Shown: one piece after another, positions 38,562-58,520 of the stretch
Position numbering within the stretch: the first letter of the stretch is position 1
Layout of the letters: every line of letters begins with the position of its first letter
Origin: the human T2T-CHM13v2.0 reference genome, Homo sapiens
Reading direction: 5' to 3' (one strand)
DNA length: 64,000 bases
NCBI RefSeq assembly: GCF_009914755.1
Contig: NC_060947.1
The notes under the pieces: model-generated
Database searches by the model: none
What the model was told of the DNA's origin: nothing
Seen by the model: the letters and a program-made list of their open reading frames with translations, nothing else
Made by a program: the position numbers and the translations under genes

Positions 38562-39175
38562 TCAGAGGATGAATTGGAGAGGAAAACATTAACTTAAAGA
38601 AAATAGAGAGAATTAGTAAAGATAAAAGCTAAAATTAAAGAAATAGAAACTACCACCACCACATAGCCCCACATCCTGCCTCCTACCACAGACACACAAA
38701 GGAGAATGGATAATTAAAACCAAAATCAACAGATCTATAAAAGAGACCACCCTCCTTCAGAGGCCTAATTTTTAAAAAGAGCAAAGATGAAAATATACAC
38801 TATTAGGAATAAGAAATGAGGTTTAACCACTTAATAGATTGAAATAATGATAAAACAAAAATTATACGCAACTTGGTCAACAAGTCTGAAAATCTAAAGG
38901 AAATGAATGAATTTCTAGCAAGACATAGAATATCACAATTAATTCAAGAAGTGGTAGAAAATCTAAACAGACCAATAAATATAGGGAAAAATAGGATATT
39001 TCTGAGTTTCATTTAACCTTCAAAAAAATATCTTTCACATTTCTCAAACTGTCTCAGATTTGGTTAAAACTTCCAAATTTATTCTACACATACCTTTTTA
39101 AAATGTGATGGAAGAATGCAATAAAGAAAAACCTGTAGACTACTTTTACTTATAAATATAGATGCAAAATGCTTT

Positions 39176-39870
39176 TATTTTATTTTTTTATTTTACTTTA
39201 AGTTCTGGGATACATGTGCAGAACATGCAGGTTTGTTACATAGGTATACATGTGCCATGGTGGTTTGCTGCACCTATCAACCCGTCATCTAGATTTTAAG
39301 CCCCACATACATTAGGTATTTGTCCTAATGCTCTCCCCTCCCTTGTCCCCCACCCCCCAACAGGCCCCAGTTTGTGATGTTCCCCTCCCTGTGTCCATGT
39401 GTTCTCATTGTTCAACTCCCACTTATGAATGAGAATATGTGGTATTTGGTTTTCTGTTCTTGTGTTAGTTTTCTGAGAATGGTGGCTTTGAGCTTCATCC
39501 ATGCCCCTGTAAAGGACACAAACTCATTCTTTTTTATGGCTGCACAGTACTCCATGGTGTATATGTGCCACATTTTCTTTATCCTGTCTATCATTGATGG
39601 GCATTTGCATTGGTTCCAAGTCTTTGCTATTGTGAATAGTGCTGCAATAAACATACATTGGCATGTGTCTTTATAGTAGAATGATTTACAATCCTTTGAG
39701 TATATACCCAGTAATGGGATTGCTGAGTCAAATGGTATTTCTGGACCTAGATCCTTGAGGAATCGCCACACTGTCTCCCACAATGGTAGAACTAATTTAC
39801 ACTCCCACCAACAATGTAAAAACGGTCCTATTTCTCCACAGCCTTGCACCAAACGGTGATTATTAAAAAG
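39176..39870 (-). mobile_element. L1PA 3' end, 5'-truncated with a short inversion
   Basis: ORF2 C-terminus (ORF 39412..39873 -); degenerate TSD caaaatgcttt/caaagtgtttt. Confidence 0.93.
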
Positions 39871-40346
39871 CAAAGTGTTTTAATATAATATTAGCAAATA
39901 GATTCCAGCATAGAAGTAAGAAAAGTAATTCATTCTGATTAAGCAGGGTTTATATTTGAAGAATGCAAATATGGCTAAGTTACGCAACCTATCTATATGA
40001 TTCATTACATCCACATATTAAAGGCAATAAGTGCTATACAATTGTATCAACAGGTAATGAAGAAGTATTTGACATAACTCATCAGGCATGGCTAATAAAG
40101 TCTTTAAAGAAAACAAACATGGAAAGAAAACACCTCAATCTGATAGACTGTTTGCCAAAATCCAGTGAATACTATGAGATACTGTGAGTAAAAAAAGGTA
40201 ACATCAATCCTGGGCTGCAGCAGGCCTGTCTGAGAATGACCTCAGTCTCCAGAAGAAATAAGATAAATGAACCTGAATGACATTATGCTAAATAGAATAA
40301 ACCAGGTACAGAAAGACAAACATTGCGTGATCTCTCTCTTTCTCCC

Positions 40347-40401
<55 letters not shown>

Positions 40402-40623
40402 AATATATGTGCAGGATGGGAAAGGAGACATGCTGGTCAAAGGTTATAAAATTTCTATTATACAAGAGGAATCCATTTTAGTGGTCTATTGCACAGCATG
40501 ATAACCATATTTAATAATAACACATATTTCAAAATTGCTAAAAGAGTAGATTTTAAACATTCTCACCACCAAAAAAGTAGGTAAGGTGATGGATATGTTA
40601 GTTAGCTTAATTTAATCTTCCTA

Positions 40624-40927
<304 letters not shown>

Positions 40928-40934
40928 TCACATT

Positions 40935-41228
<294 letters not shown>

Positions 41229-41243
41229 TCACATTGTACCCCA

Positions 41244-41685
41244 TGTGATGGTTAATACTGAGTGTCAACTTGATTGGATTGAAAGATGCAAAGTATTGAT
41301 CCTGGGTGTGTCTGTGGGGGTGTTGTCAAAGGAGATTAACATTTGAGTCAGTGGGCTGGGAAAGGCTGACCCACCCTTAATCTGGTGGGTAGAATCTAAA
41401 CAGCTGCCAGCGAATATAAAGCAGGCAGAAAAACGTGAAATAGCGAGACTGGCCTAGCCTCCCAGCCCACGTCTTTCTCCCGTGCTGGATACTTCTTGCC
41501 CTCAAACATTGGACTCCAAGCTCTTCAGTTTTGAGACTCGGACTGGGTCTCCTCGCTCCTCAAGCTTGTGAATAGCCTATTGTGGGACCTTGTGATCATA
41601 AAAGTTAATACTTAATAAACCTCTCTCAGAGAGTCAGAGAGAGATCCTATTAGTTCTGTCCTTCTAGGGAACCCTGACTAATACA
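41244..41685 (+). mobile_element. MLT2A (HERV-L) solo LTR
   Basis: TGTGATGGTTAATACTGAGTGTCAAC...CCCTGACTAATACA; perfect TSD CCCCA. Confidence 0.95.
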
Positions 41686-41949
41686 CCCCATAATATAAAT
41701 ACAATTACTATTTGTCAATTATAATTTAAAAAATAAATTTAAGCATACAATTAAATAAAATTAAATACAGTTAAATAAAAGGTAAATGGAAAACTTGTGT
41801 CTGTCTTGGTGGTTGAATGCAACTCCCTCTGGGTTGGGCTATCTGTAAGCAGCCTTGTAGGCCGCAGCCTTGCTAGCTAGAATGAATATGGTCAAATAGA
41901 TACTGTGTTTCATTGAGAAATAATGTACTTCATCTAGGTAACTGGGATC

Positions 41950-42760
41950 AAAATTTTAGATCATTACTTTGTGCCACACATAACATAAATTCCAGTGGGA
42001 TTAGAAATTTAAGTTTTCACACGAAAATTTTAGAAGAAAATAAAGAGAATATTTTTATAACCTCAGAATGGGTATGGCCCATAAATGGGTGAAGCAAGAT
42101 AGGAAACCTAGAATCCATAAAGAAGATTGACCAACTTGAGAACATAAAATTTTAAAACTTTCTGCAACTCAAAAGACTCTGTAAAAACTTCACTGAGAAA
42201 ATATCTGCAAATCAAGTGAAAGAAAACAGATTAATAGCCATATAATATAAAGAGCTCCTAAATTTTTTTATGAAAAAACCAACAACCTAAAAATTATGGC
42301 AAAGGTCATGAACAGGAAAATCACAGAAGTGGACATACAGATACCAACAAGCATATGATAAGTTTCAACTTCATAGGCGGTCAAGGATATAAAATATTGT
42401 AAATGATGGGATAGCATTTTTATTACCCTTCAGATTGGCATCATTTTAAAATATTCATAATGTTCTGTGCTGGCCAGAATATGGGGAACACCAACTACCT
42501 TACATCTACCTCTAGTAGAAGAGTAAGTTGCCACAACCATTTTGGAAGGTAATCTGGTAGTAACTATGAAAAATTTTAAATGGGTAGACCTTTGATCTGG
42601 CAATACCTCTTCTAGAAATTCTTCCTAGTATATTATTCTCACAAGTCAGTATTGATTTATGCCTGGGGATGTTCACTGCCATAGGTATTAGCGCACACAC
42701 ACACAAAGGAAAACAATCAGAAGGTCTATCAGAAAGGTAATGGTTAAGTTAGCAGGCAGC
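41950..42760 (+). mobile_element. Degraded L1ME fragment
   Basis: Similarity to the L1 ORF2 3' region. Confidence 0.7.
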
Positions 42761-43256
42761 CATACACTCAAATACTAAAATGGAGCACAAGTTGATAGCT
42801 CTCTGTTGGCCAGGAGAGTTCTCCATGATGTATTGCTGTTTTCAAAAAAGATGCAGAGTATTTTTCATAATATGATGGTATCTTTATTTTAAAATAGTTG
42901 GAGAAAGGAACCACATATATCTGTGTGCATATATAACTGCATTTAGTAGAATTCAGAAAAGAATCTGCCCACATTCACATATAATTTCAGATCCCCCTGA
43001 ATTTCTACTGAATGCAGTTCATGAAAAGTTTCTGTATAACAAACTACAAGGGAACAATTATTTGGTAAATGTGTATTTGTCTATCAAATCAAAATACTTC
43101 ACTTCTGTTAAAAGGGTGTGATATTATGGCTATCCTCGTATATTTATTAAAGGAACATGTAATAAACCACACTGGTAAGTGTTCGAATGACAGAAAACAA
43201 TTTTGGTAAAGTATTCAAGTTTGAAGAAAGCCTATATCAAAATTTAAACTAATGTT

Positions 43257-43298
<42 letters not shown>
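43257..43298. repeat. (GT)n microsatellite
   Basis: Directly visible. Confidence 0.95.
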
Positions 43299-43301
<3 letters not shown>

Positions 43302-43302
43302 C

Positions 43303-43713
43303 TGCCGAAAGACAAAATTACAATAAATTTTATTTTAAAATGTAATTGTTTTTTTTTGTGATTCTAGAAAACAAAGTGAAGGTTTCCATGAACTGAGCAG
43401 AGAAGGTTGACTTTATAGGCAGAAAAGGGCTGAAGAAAGAAACAGTGAACAAAAAGTGATGGGTCATTTCAAAATTACTTTCCTTGTAAAGGTTAAAAGA
43501 GAGAGGACTTTCTTATCACACTGGCTAAAACTGGCCTGTTTGGGAATTTGGCTATTATCTCTGCCTTTCTTGGTTTGTCAGAAAGTCAGACAAATAACTT
43601 AGTTTCGACTTGGTGGCATGAAACTTCTGCATGAGTAACTCCATTTTGGTTTGGTCTGTTGGACCCAGCACAAGGGCTCATTCTAAACCAATGGCCTCCT
43701 ATAAATTTTAACA
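43303..43713 (-). mobile_element. MER31-like solo LTR (ERV1)
   Basis: Minus strand starts TGTTAAAATTTATAGGAGGCCATTGGTTT...CAGACCAAACCAAAATGGAGT. Confidence 0.8.
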
Positions 43714-44009
43714 GGGTTCTTCAGAAAAATTTGAAAGGACCCACATCAAACTGTTAACACTGATTATACCCCAGATGTTGTATAGGAAGGGAAAACTTTT
43801 TTTTTCCAAATACATCTTTGTATATAATTTAAAACGAGCAAGTCGTTTAAAAACTCACTTAGCAAAAAGAAATTCAGGGCAGAAAGAGAACGCAAGAAAG
43901 ACTGCAAGCAGCAAGACAGATAGGTGAAAGAGAGTGAGAAGAGAAGAGAAAAGAGAAGAGAAGACAAGCAAGACAAAAGACAAGACAAGAAAGAAAAAAA
44001 CTGCAATCT

Positions 44010-44620
44010 GTGGTTGAGGAGAATGGGACCTAAGCAGCGCGGAGAGGCAGGCGCGGGAAGTCAGCCGCAGCCACAAGCCTTGGAGCTGCTAATCCCCGTG
44101 CGTCTGTGGCCAGCTGCCTGCAGCAGCCTGGACTGGCGGGCGCCCCAGTTATGTGGGAAGAAGCAGAACTTCACAGTCATTGAAACCGTACCTAAGGGAA
44201 ACAGAGTGGGGCTCTGAATATATATCGATGGGAGCGACTGTTGCAGAAAGCAGACCAGAAAAAAAGGCAGACGAAGCCTGCAAAGCCAGGCTGTGGGAAG
44301 TCTGTCCACCCACAGGGTCAGCTCGCTGGTGACGCTCCAGTGAAAGGCTCTGGCTGCGCCACCCACCCCTTGAGCCCTTAAGCTCAAATGCAGCAAGTAC
44401 CTCTTGTTTCAAGAGGATGAGAATCTGGAGGGGGAGGGTGAGGAAGCGCAGATGATCACGGAGGACAGGAGCTGGACAGAAAAACAAGACAGTTGTTCTC
44501 ATTCCCCCTCTCACTGCGCCCTGCCCCTTAAAGGGGAGTCAGTGGAAAGCTCCTTTCTCTGCTAGCCTTAAGGATGGGCAGGCCCGAGGGCTAGGAATGG
44601 GGAGGAACGTTATTGGCAAA
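44010..44620. promoter_or_regulatory. Candidate cis-regulatory element (non-repeat, GC- and CpG-enriched)
   Basis: Local cluster of CpGs and GC-box-like runs in an otherwise CpG-depleted window. Confidence 0.4.
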
Positions 44621-44724
44621 AGAGGGAGACCTGACTCTGAGACGGAAGAGTGTGGAGCTGGAAATATCAAGCCCCCTCGTCCTGCCAATCCTGACAGACC
44701 ATGTTGAGGCCTTTCACGCAATGG

Positions 44725-44950
44725 AAGAATTTGAGCACGGCGGGCTCTGGATTGAAATCCCAGCTCTACCACTTGCTAATTGTGACCTTGGACAACCAAC
44801 CTGACCTCTTTGGGTATCTTATTTGTAAAATGAGGGAACAATAATAGTATTACCCTTCCCATGGGGTACTGAGAGATTAAAGATGATAATGCATATGAAA
44901 TATAGCACCCGGGAAAACGTAATTGCCAAATAAATCCTAGTTATTATTAG
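44725..44950 (+). mobile_element. MIR
   Basis: aaatcccagctctaccacttgctaattgtgaccttgg...tgtaaaatgagg. Confidence 0.8.
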
Positions 44951-46282
44951 AACATTAATTAATGTGTCATTTGTGTGCACAGCCCGAGACCAGGTGCTGA
45001 GCTTTAATAGCCACAGAGGCTCCTAGATTCCATCTCTTTTCACCATCTCCAAGCCCTCCCCATTTCTTCTTCCTGCCCCCACCAGTGCCTAATCTAAAAT
45101 CCTATCTTGCTTTGGAGCGTCTCCAGCTGTTTGCTCATTTTCCACCAGCCCGCTGTTCCCCGCCCCCAACACATAGGCACACATTCTCTTGGGGAACACT
45201 TTCACTCAGAGAGTGAAACCTCCCTGCCCAAGCCTTCTCTAAGTTCACATGGAACTGAGGTGGGGAGCTGGAGAGGTTTGGGGGACAGCAGTCTTGGGAT
45301 ACAGATTTCCAGAGAGAACAGAGAAAGACTATTGAGTATCGCTTGTGGGGCAGTTCGAGATGCCCAAGGCAGCCAGCAAATAGCAAATACTTAAGGTTGT
45401 TTTTTTAAATCAAGCATCTGCAGTTGCTGGGTGTAACCCTAGCTTCCTTCCTCTGCGAAATGTGTGAATGTGCTATCGTCAAGCATTCCACATATTGATT
45501 CTCTTACATTTCACTGACTTGACCCCTCTCTGCCCCCATTAACCCTGTATAATGGGGCACTTGCTCTTTCAAATCCAGGTGGATCCCTGCAGTTGGTCGA
45601 GTTTCATAATGGTTAACCAGCCATCCCTGGCTTCCCATCTCTGCTCAGAATATGCCATTCTATAGATAAACATGGAAGGCACAAAGGGGAAGTCAAGGAT
45701 TATTTCCTTAAACTTTTACTTGTTTTGCCAAAGAATAAATATGATGCTGCAGAATATGTCCAATATGTCCAAATGTTCCCAAAAATAGACCTAGTGCTGA
45801 GGCTGTGCTCATGCCTGGGCATTCCCAGAAATGGTTTCACTATTCATCTTCCAGTCACTATCTGCGCAGAAGGTGGTAAGGAATTCTCACTTGATGTGCT
45901 GAATAGTCAGCCCTTCAAGATTAGAAAAGCTTCTTGATTTAGGAGACATTTGTTATGGAAAGATCTCAGTCCCCCTTGGGGAATCTCTGTTCACCCTCCC
46001 CCCTCACCATGTTCCCCCTCTTGCTGACGCCTTCTCAGGCAGATTATAGCCATTGCTGGATGTCACAGCATAAGATCAGCTTGGACCGCTCTGGGCAACC
46101 ATGGCTTTCCACATCCTCATGTATTTTCTGCAAGTTGATCCAAGTAGACATTCTTCTTTTTAGCTACTTACTGTCAGCTCCCTCACCACCCACCATCATG
46201 TCTTTTTAAAATATGTATTTTTATTGAGTCTGATTACAAATGTGAAACATGATTATTGTAAATATTGACAAGTTACAAAACT

Positions 46283-46545
46283 GCAGTCTAACCATAAGAA
46301 AAACATTAAATGAGCCTAAATTGTGGGACATTCTAATAAAATACCTAGACCAACACTCCTCAGAAGTGTCAAGGTCATCAAATCAAGGAAAATCTGAGGA
46401 ACTATCACAGTCCACAGGAGCCTAAGGAGACATGACAACTAAATGGATGGCATACTTGAACAGAAAAGGGACAATAGGGGAAAACCAATGAAATCTGGAA
46501 AAGTGTGGTCTACAGTGATAATAATGTCTTAATACTGATTCATTT
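46283..46545 (+). mobile_element. L1MC/L1MD 3' UTR fragment
   Basis: gtcaaggtcatcaa...ggagcctaaggagacatgacaactaaatg. Confidence 0.75.
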
Positions 46546-47587
46546 TTGTAAATCTGACAGGTGAAATATGATTAGTAATTGTTGCTTGTTTTAATTTTAA
46601 CTTCTATATTAGTGAAGTTGAACATTTTTTCTGTTTATTGGCTCTTTGTATTTCTTCTCCTGTTAATTTCTTATTTATTCCTTTTGCCCATTTTTTCTGC
46701 TTTGTTTTTGATTTGTAAGAACTCTTTGTATAGTAAGCCCTTTGTATCATGTGCTGCAAATGTTTTCTTTATAAAATTTTCTTGCAGTTTATTTTTAAAG
46801 GTGCTTATGATAGAATTGTTTTTCATTTTCTTTGGTTTTGGCATTTTCATGCCTTGCATGTGGCTTTTGTCATTCTCCGCCTGCTTTCTTTCACATAACA
46901 GCCCTTCCAGGTAAAGTAAGGGATGTGAAATGTCACATTAGTTGCCTTATGGACACACAGATGATGATAAAACTGGGACTTCAACCCAAGTCTCTCCACT
47001 CTTAGTCCAGTACCTTTTCCATTGCCAGGAAAGAGCAGAAGGACTTATTTCCACATAAGAGAAAGGAAGCTTCTTTCTCCATGACTGCTAACCCCTCATG
47101 CAAAAATATACAGCTGGGCAGACTATATGACACACTACATGATAGACTAAATGACACACTATAGAGTCATTATGACCAATCTCAACGGGGCCCTTATTGC
47201 TGCCACACAATCTTATTAGTTTCTTAATTAGCATCTTCAATCCTTCTCCACAATGCCAATTTAAAACATTCTTCATTTTTACCAAGCCTCTGATCACCAT
47301 CCCTCACTTCCCTCCCTCTCCCATCTCACAAAGAAAATAAAGCTTTTCAGGTGGGAATGCTCAACTTCTTACGCTATCACTCTTAAGAGTGGTCTAAATA
47401 AGGAGTCGCCCTCTCTCCTGTCAAAAAGAGGTGGGGGAGGAGATTCCACCCTTTGCCTTCCACTGGAGGTCAGGCTCCAACTAATATCCCCCTCTGTTTC
47501 CTGTGCCTTCACCTTCTCCCTCTCTATTTACTCTCCTATCAGCATTTAAACATGCACAAGCCTCTCCCTTCCTAAGAAATAGAAGCA

Positions 47588-53371
<5,784 letters not shown>

Positions 53372-53372
<1 letters not shown>

Positions 53373-53446
53373 GAATCACCATGGGATCATTAGAAAATAC
53401 TGAGGTCTATACCCCTTTCCCAGGATTCTGATTTAATTGGTCTGGA
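53372..53446. mobile_element. MER5 fragment lacking its left end
   Basis: agaatcacc...gattctgatttaattggtctgg. Confidence 0.6.
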
Positions 53447-55554
53447 AAAAAAAGAAATAGCAGCAAACACAGACACAATTCTTCAACCCTAGGTCGTCCT
53501 CCAAGTTGCTTCTTCTAATAATGCAACTGTAAAAGCAAAGACCTTGCTTTGGAGCTGAGAGGTCTAAGATGCTGTATATGTGGTGCCAAGTTGCTACAAA
53601 TCTATCTTGAAGGGAAGAAAAAAAAATTATTGCTTGCTGTAGGGGAGACAGTGCTGCTTTGGGAGGAGACAAACTTTTACCTGAGGAGAGAGGAGATTGA
53701 CTTGGAAGACTGGCCTGGCTCCTGTTCCCACTCTGGCCCACTGGGCTGGGTTTAAGTCCCTCTTGAAACCCATGGAGACTTTGTAAGCTTCTCAGTGAGC
53801 ACTGAGGTTCAGAGGCTGATAAACAATTCACTTGCAACTTGATGAGACTCCAAGCATAAATAGGCCTGGCCTTGGGCTCCACTAACCCAGTATAGAAAAG
53901 AATTATAAAAAGGATGGTTTGTCCTGCCTCTGTTCATAACTCAGATCTCCAGTGCCTCCCAGAGGAGCATATGGTGCCAGACAGATCCCTAGGCATGGAC
54001 ACCAGTATGCTCATGATGACATCTACTAGCCACAATAGCTGGTGTGGACAATGGGTTCTGGAGGAAAAGAAAAAAAGCAGGATAGTAAGTACAACTGACG
54101 GATCAGCTTATAGGCACTTGGGAAGCATCATTTTGAGGGATTCTCAGATACAAGCAGAGAACTCTCTGAGGGAACTAACTACCTCCTAGAGCACTTGAGG
54201 GATGGGGAAGTATAGAAACTTGAGTATAGCTATAAATGTGACCCAGAGTCACAAGCTAAAAGGGCCACGAGGCATTTCAGTCTTACAGGACCGTGCACAT
54301 CACTCAGGACCATGCGCATCACTCAGAGAGTATCCAAAGGCAGAACTAACTCTTCTTTCCCAAAGGGTAGCCACTTAGGAAAACTCTGGTGAGTGTCACC
54401 AGACATACACAGGCAACTTCAGCCATGGAAGAGAGGTCTTTCCAAGTGGCAAACAACTCTGAGGCTAACCTTGCTGAGGGAGCAGTAAAGGTTTTAACTG
54501 TGGGTGATTACCCCAAAGACTCATTCCCAAAGGGAATGAGCAGAAGAACAAAGAGGGAGATAAAGAAATGGGGTGGTGTAAAGAGGAAAAATGCAGAGGA
54601 GAAGCAAAAACATCCCTTTTCGTGTAAGTTGATTTTGGACAGAAATTCCTAGGAGTCAGGGCCTACATGTTGCCCAGAGAGCACTCAGTCAGTACTTGTT
54701 CTCTGTAGCTCTGTAAAGTGAGCACTGAAGTTAGTTGCCAGCCCCAGCAGATTGACTTCATGACCACTGCTGTATGCCTTGAGCACTGATGGAATTCCCC
54801 TACCACCAGCACCTGGAAAAACATGTTTCTGATAAATTCTTCTTGATCTTGAACTTGAAAATCTCAAATAACCAAAAATCTGGCTTTGGGTCATCATGCA
54901 CCAAAGTTTGTGGAGAAGCAGATGGCAGGAGAGATACTTTTTAAAAAATAAAATGAACTTTCAAGGAATTATGTGGATTCAATTCAGATTCTGGAAAATT
55001 TTCCGCAGCTCTTAGAGATACCTACCTGAACAATAGATGCTTCTGGATCTCTGGGGTTTTGCAAGATCCTTAAATGTATTCCCAATCCTGAAAGAAAAGC
55101 TCGGTAATGTTTAGGAGAGTAGAGGAGGAGGGAGAAAGGGAGGGAATTTCCCATCTTACAAGTGGACAATCTTCTTTAACATCTAACGCCAAGAAGCTTT
55201 AGGCATTTATTTACTTCCTTAGGTGCTTAGAGAAACCAGGTCAGGGAGTGGATGTGACTATTCATTTCTCCTTTAAAGGGAAGCTCTGGTTCTCTGCCCA
55301 GTCACATATGGAATTTACACAAGCTTTACCCAGTTCACTGTACAGACAGGCATTAAGTTGAAGGGCCATCTATCTTCATTAAGCTGCTGTGCTTTGAGTT
55401 TAACCCCTACAACTTGGCTCCAGGCTGAGATGACCTCAAGAGGACTTCTTCTATTGACAATAGTTGGAGACACCAGTCCAGTTATTACTAATCTCAAAGA
55501 CCCTGAGGAGGCAGGATTTGGGAGTTTTCTGGACACTCAAAATCACTGAACTAT

Positions 55555-55770
55555 ATTCATTGGCATTTATTGAGTGACTAATAACAATAACTAATTGTGT
55601 GTATTTTACATGCATTATCTCACTTCCCAACCCTCTGAGATAGGTAGACCCTAATATTATCATGGGGAAACTGGGGCTCCAAGAAGTAAATCTCTTACTC
55701 AAGGTCACTGAGCAAGTAAGTGACAGAACAGGAAGTCTGATCTGTCTGCATGATCCAAGATGCCATGCTG
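55555..55770 (-). mobile_element. MIR
   Basis: ggggaaactggggctccaagaagtaaatctcttactcaaggtcac. Confidence 0.75.
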
Positions 55771-55789
55771 ATTCCTTCCAAGGATTTAT

Positions 55790-57410
55790 CAATTGATAAT
55801 CTTTCCCTTTTATTTCACCTCCACCATTCTTGGAAGAATAGACCATACTGGCTATTTTCTGTTCCTACCATCAACTCACTCCTTAACCCTTTCCCTCTGG
55901 CTTTCCCTGTTCCCCACTAACTAGCCATCTGGAAGGTGACCAGTGACAGTCATCAGCAAATCAAATGTCTCCTTCTCAGCCTTCAGCTGCAACAAGTCTT
56001 CAGAGTCAGATGCTCCCTCTTTCTTGAAACACTTCTCTCCTTTGTCCTCTGCAATTTTTCCTCTTTCCTGTTACCTTTCTTATCTGTCCTTCTCTGTCTT
56101 CTTCAACAGATTTCTCTAATGTCTTTCTCCATAGATGTGGATTTTTCTCAAGGCTCTGCCCTCCACCTTGCCTCCACTCTCCTAGATTCAAAATGCAATG
56201 CCTCAGGGAGAGGCAGCATAACATAATGGCTATGAGCACTGACTCTAAAGTCAGGCTGCCTGAATTTCAGTACCCCTCTGTCATGTGCTAGTAACTTTGG
56301 CAAGTTTCTCTATGCCTCTGTTTGCTCATCTGTAACATGAGGATTCATTGAGATCATGTATGTAGAGCACTTGAACCAGGGTCTGACAGATAGTAAGCCT
56401 CATGCAAGTGTTTGCTTTTATATAGTCTGGGCCCCCAGGCCCTAACTTTCACCTAGACTCCAGGTCCACTTCAACTGGTTTCTTCATATCTTTCCCCAAA
56501 GATCTCTAAGAAACTCACCATGTCCATAATTGCCTTTATGTCTCCTTCTTTCCATCCCACCTTTTATTACTCATCTCTGTCAAATATCACCACTATCCTC
56601 ATCAGCATGCTGTCAAAACCTAATGATACCAGGCATACTGGCACATGCCTGTAAACCCATCTTCTTGGGAGGCTGAGGCAGGAGGATCACTTGAACTCAG
56701 GAGTTCAAGACCAGCCTGGGCAACATAGTAAGAACCCATCTCAAAAAAACAAAACAAAACAAAAAACAAACCCAAGACTTTTCAGCTCTGTATGAGATGA
56801 AAGAAAAAGAAAACCCTAATGGGTTTGACTCTTCCCTCTCACTCACCATCTTATTGGTTGCATAATTCTGCCAATTCTACCTTTAAAAATTCCCCAGTCT
56901 CGATGATGAAAATGTTTTGGAGTTGATAGTGGTGATGGTTGCATACCATGTGAATACACTAAATGCCACTGAATTGTACACTTTAAAATGGTTCTAATGG
57001 TAACTTTTGTGTTATGTGTATTTTACTACAATAAAAAAAATGAGGAGGTTGAGGCTCCAGTGAGCCGTGATTGTGCCACTCCAAAGGCACTCCTGTCTGG
57101 GTGACAGAATGAGACCCTGTCTCAATAAAAACCAACAACAACCAAAAACTGAGCATATCTCTCTACCTCCATTGCCACTATGATATCCAGGCCACTGTCA
57201 TCTCTCCTCTGGAATATTGTCACAGCCTCCTAACTGGTCTTTTATACTTCTGCTTTTGTTTACCCCCAAAGGTACTGATCCAGGAGGTCTGAGTTGGGAG
57301 CCTGGGAATCTGCCCTATTAACAAGTGCCCCGGAGAGTATTTATTAAAGTTTGGGTGTCACTGACTATAGCATGAAGTCCAAACTCCTTAGTCTGGCAGG
57401 ATCTTTCATA
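55790..57410 (+). mobile_element. Fragmented L2 carrying MIR (56210-56420), Alu monomer (56628-56770), L1MB 3' end (56900-57040), Alu fragment (57042-57150) and MER5 (57270-57365)
   Basis: Recognisable motifs of each element; boundaries approximate. Confidence 0.65.
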
Positions 57411-57535
57411 TCTTCTCCTTAGTGTGACTCTCTTCCCCTTTATTTGACTTCTTCTTTGTAACTGCTTTATATTTTGACTAAGGATGATCATTTGCCATGA
57501 ACTGAGAAGTAGGATTAGGACAATTTTCTCTGAAA

Positions 57536-58270
57536 ATGCAAATCAAAACCACAATGAGATACCATCTCACACCAGTTAGAATGGCGATCATTAAAAAGTC
57601 AGGAAACAACAGGTGCTGGAGAGGATGTGGAGAAATAGGAACATTTTTACACTGTTGGTGGGACTGTAAACTAGTTCAACCATTGTGGAAGACAGTATGA
57701 CAATTCCTCAGGGATCTAGAACTAGAAATACCATTTGACCCAGCCATCCCATTACTGGGTATATACCCAAAGGACTATAAATCATGCTGCTATAAAGACA
57801 CATGCACACATATGTTTATTGCGGCACTATTCACAATAGCAAAGGCTTGGAACCAACCCAAATGTCCAACAATGATAGACTGGATTAAGAAAATGTGGCA
57901 CATATACACCATGGAATACTATGCAGCCATAAAAAAGGATGAGTTCATGTCCTTTGTAGGGACATGGATGAAGCTGGAAACCATCATTCTCAGCAAACTA
58001 TCGCGAGGACAAAAAACCAAACAACGCATGTTCTCACTCATAGGTGGGAATTGAACAACGAGAACACTTGGACACGGGAAGGGGAACATCACACACCGGG
58101 GCCTGTCGTGGGGTGGGGGGAGGGGGGAAGGATAGCATTAGGAGATATACCTAATGCTAAATGACGGGTTAATGGGTGCAGCACACCAACATGGCACATG
58201 TATATATATGTAACAAACCTGCACGTTGTGCACATGTACCCTAAAACTTAAAGTATAATTTTTTAAAAAA
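57536..58270 (+). mobile_element. Young 5'-truncated L1PA (PA3-5-like)
   Basis: High similarity to the L1 3' end; TSD aattttctctgaaa at 57522-57535 and 58274-58287. Confidence 0.95.
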
Positions 58271-58339
58271 GATAATTTTCTCTGAAATTCAAGGAGGAGA
58301 GAAAGAGACAGAGAGAGGAGAGAGAGAGAGGAAAAGAGA

Positions 58340-58520
58340 GCTCTGGATTTAAACCTTAGCTCAAATCCTAGCTCTACCACTTACTAGCTATATCACCCAA
58401 AGTAAGTTACTTAACCTGTCTTCATCCTCTCTCTCCTTATCTGTTAAAATAATAGTAATACCCTACAATTTTGCTGTGAAGATTAAATTAGATAACACAC
58501 AAAAAGTGCTTAGCATTTAT
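58340..58520 (+). mobile_element. MIR
   Basis: tcaaatcctagctctaccacttactagct core. Confidence 0.8.
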
